Part shown: one piece after another, positions 62,855-64,000 of the stretch
Layout: each line of letters starts with the position of its first letter
How positions within the stretch are numbered: the first letter of the stretch is position 1
Origin: an uncultured delta proteobacterium
Lineage (GTDB): Bacteria > Myxococcota_A > Polyangia > Polyangiales > Houyiibacteriaceae
Length of the DNA: 64,000 nucleotides
Direction of reading: 5' to 3'
Assembly: GCA_963753395.1 (NCBI GenBank)
Contig: CAVWBW010000004.1
Location: 155,062 to 219,061, forward strand
Position numbers and translations under genes: made by a program
Notes under the pieces: generated by a model
Told to the model about the DNA's origin: nothing
What the model saw: only the letters and a program-made list of their open reading frames with translations
The model's database searches: none

Positions 62855-63268
62855 ATGCGCACGCTGCTGGTCATCGTTGGGATGTGTGTCATCGGGGCGC
62901 ACGGCTGCCGGCGCGTGGACTCGTCGCGCCAAGAGGCTCAGAAACCGATGGAACACGCAGTGTTGGTCGAAATCCCGCTCACCGGTGACGGATTCGGTAC
63001 GTCCGAGGAGCAAGACGTGGTCATTCGCCTAGAGGACGCCCTGACCCGGGCGCTCGCGGCAGATCCGACTATCGAGGTAGATGGTCACGAGTTCGGCGAC
63101 GGCAAGGCCACGCTCTACATCTATGGGCGTGATGCCGACGAAATATTCCGTCTCGCCAAACCAGAGCTGGCGAAACACCCGTCGAGCGAAAGCATCGTGG
63201 TGACGCGCCGGTACGGACCTGCAACCGATCCTGAGATCGAAGACGCTTGTGACCGGGCTGTAGGGTAA
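62855..63268 (+). CDS. Hypothetical protein (acidic, possible signal peptide)
   Basis: Protein-like sequence EVDGHEFGDG.ATLYIYG.DADEIF; alternative start at 62948. Confidence 0.65.
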   Translation: MRTLLVIVGMCVIGAHGCRRVDSSRQEAQKPMEHAVLVEIPLTGDGFGTSEEQDVVIRLEDALTRALAADPTIEVDGHEFGDGKATLYIYGRDADEIFRLAKPELAKHPSSESIVVTRRYGPATDPEIEDACDRAVG

Positions 63269-63579
63269 TCGCTCGGCTTTGGGAGCACGACGAGCGCGGT
63301 GCAAACCGCTTCCACCCAACCTTCCACTTTGCGCGGGACACCTCGGGACGGCACGCAACGCTACGGGACTTCACGTCGTTAATGTTGCTGAATTTTCCGA
63401 ACGGTGCTCGAGGCTAGGAGAGGCGTGCCAGGGTTTCGGGCGCTTCTCGATCGAATGGGCGACGGAGTTACGTGATCTCGGACTCTTCTTCTACTTCGGT
63501 CGAATCCCCCTCCGCTGATTGGGTATCAGCGTTCGCTGCGTGTCAGAGCCTGCTCGACGTGATACCTTCGCTTTGTCTA

Positions 63580-64000
63580 ATGGACACTCTGGTGCTGATA
63601 CTCGCCGTACTGGGCGTGCCCATACTTATGATTGGTCTGGTGTCCCTTCTCGCGTTTCAACTGACCGCCCAGGAGGATCCCGAGTCGCTGTTTGATCGCG
63701 AGAATACCGGATCTGCGTACGTTCCGATGAAGGTCGTCATCGGAATTGCCGCCCTCGCGATGATCGGCGGATTCTTCTTCGCTTTGGCCTTCGTCGGGGA
63801 AGTGACCTTGGGATGGCTGTTCGTGGCCTTCGCCTTTTGGGCTCCGTTGGTTCGCGTCCTCCACCGCCCGAAACGAAAACCGAGACCACGGGTTTCGGAA
63901 GACGAAGACGTCCCCTTGAAACGCGCTATCCCAGGCTTGATAGTGGCGGCCGCGGTCGGCGCTCTGTGGGGGCATGGTCACGCGGAGCCATTAGCGGAAA
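63580..64000 (+). CDS. Hypothetical membrane protein (3'-truncated, absent from ORF track)
   Basis: ATG 63580 opens MDTLVLILAVLGVPILMIGLVSLLAFQ... with several TM segments and no stop before the window end. Confidence 0.65.
   Translation, partial: MDTLVLILAVLGVPILMIGLVSLLAFQLTAQEDPESLFDRENTGSAYVPMKVVIGIAALAMIGGFFFALAFVGEVTLGWLFVAFAFWAPLVRVLHRPKRKPRPRVSEDEDVPLKRAIPGLIVAAAVGALWGHGHAEPLAE

Larger units (their letters stand above)
60453..64000. mobile_element. Left end of a probable integrative element or genomic island
   Basis: xis-int pair, lower GC stretch near 62.4-62.8 kb, loose orphan ORFs; att site not identified. Confidence 0.55.

Noticed and set aside
63577-63981. Minus-strand 134-aa ORF
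   Set aside because: Shadow of a more credible plus-strand membrane protein starting at 63580

Overview
GC-rich chromosomal window whose gene repertoire (DUF1592/DUF1552 pair, PEGA- and MopE-type exported proteins, Ser/Thr kinase, Gly-rich lipoprotein) suggests a myxobacterium (Myxococcota, Polyangiales-like); this is inferred, not checked. Most of it is ordinary: moaB, ppx-sixA, ligA, thpR, an aminotransferase, transporters and hybrid kinases. Two things stand out. (1) A ~1.05 kb non-coding unit at 59.4-60.45 kb that reads as a large structured RNA on the + strand. It has two multi-helix domains rich in GNRA/UUCG tetraloop hairpins, each closed by a long-range helix and each preceded by an rrn-type boxA-like motif. 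DnaA-box-like sites lie upstream and an intrinsic terminator downstream, and it matches no rRNA, tRNA, tmRNA or RNase P motif I can recognise. A frameshifted excisionase-integrase pair follows immediately. (2) An enediyne PksE-like iterative PKS (17.0-23.6 kb) with the C-terminal PPTase replaced by two fused E10-like hotdog thioesterases. It has no enediyne cassette and heads a tight operon with a double histidine kinase, a REC-pseudokinase and a small protein. Also present: a DUF6036-like nucleotidyltransferase/RHH module, an Xre-RES toxin-antitoxin pair, a flippase-sulfatase fusion, a sigma-like/kinase fusion and an unannotated 58-aa zinc-finger ORF. Several single-base frameshifts are probably consensus errors. 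All family calls are from motif recognition by eye; no searches were run.
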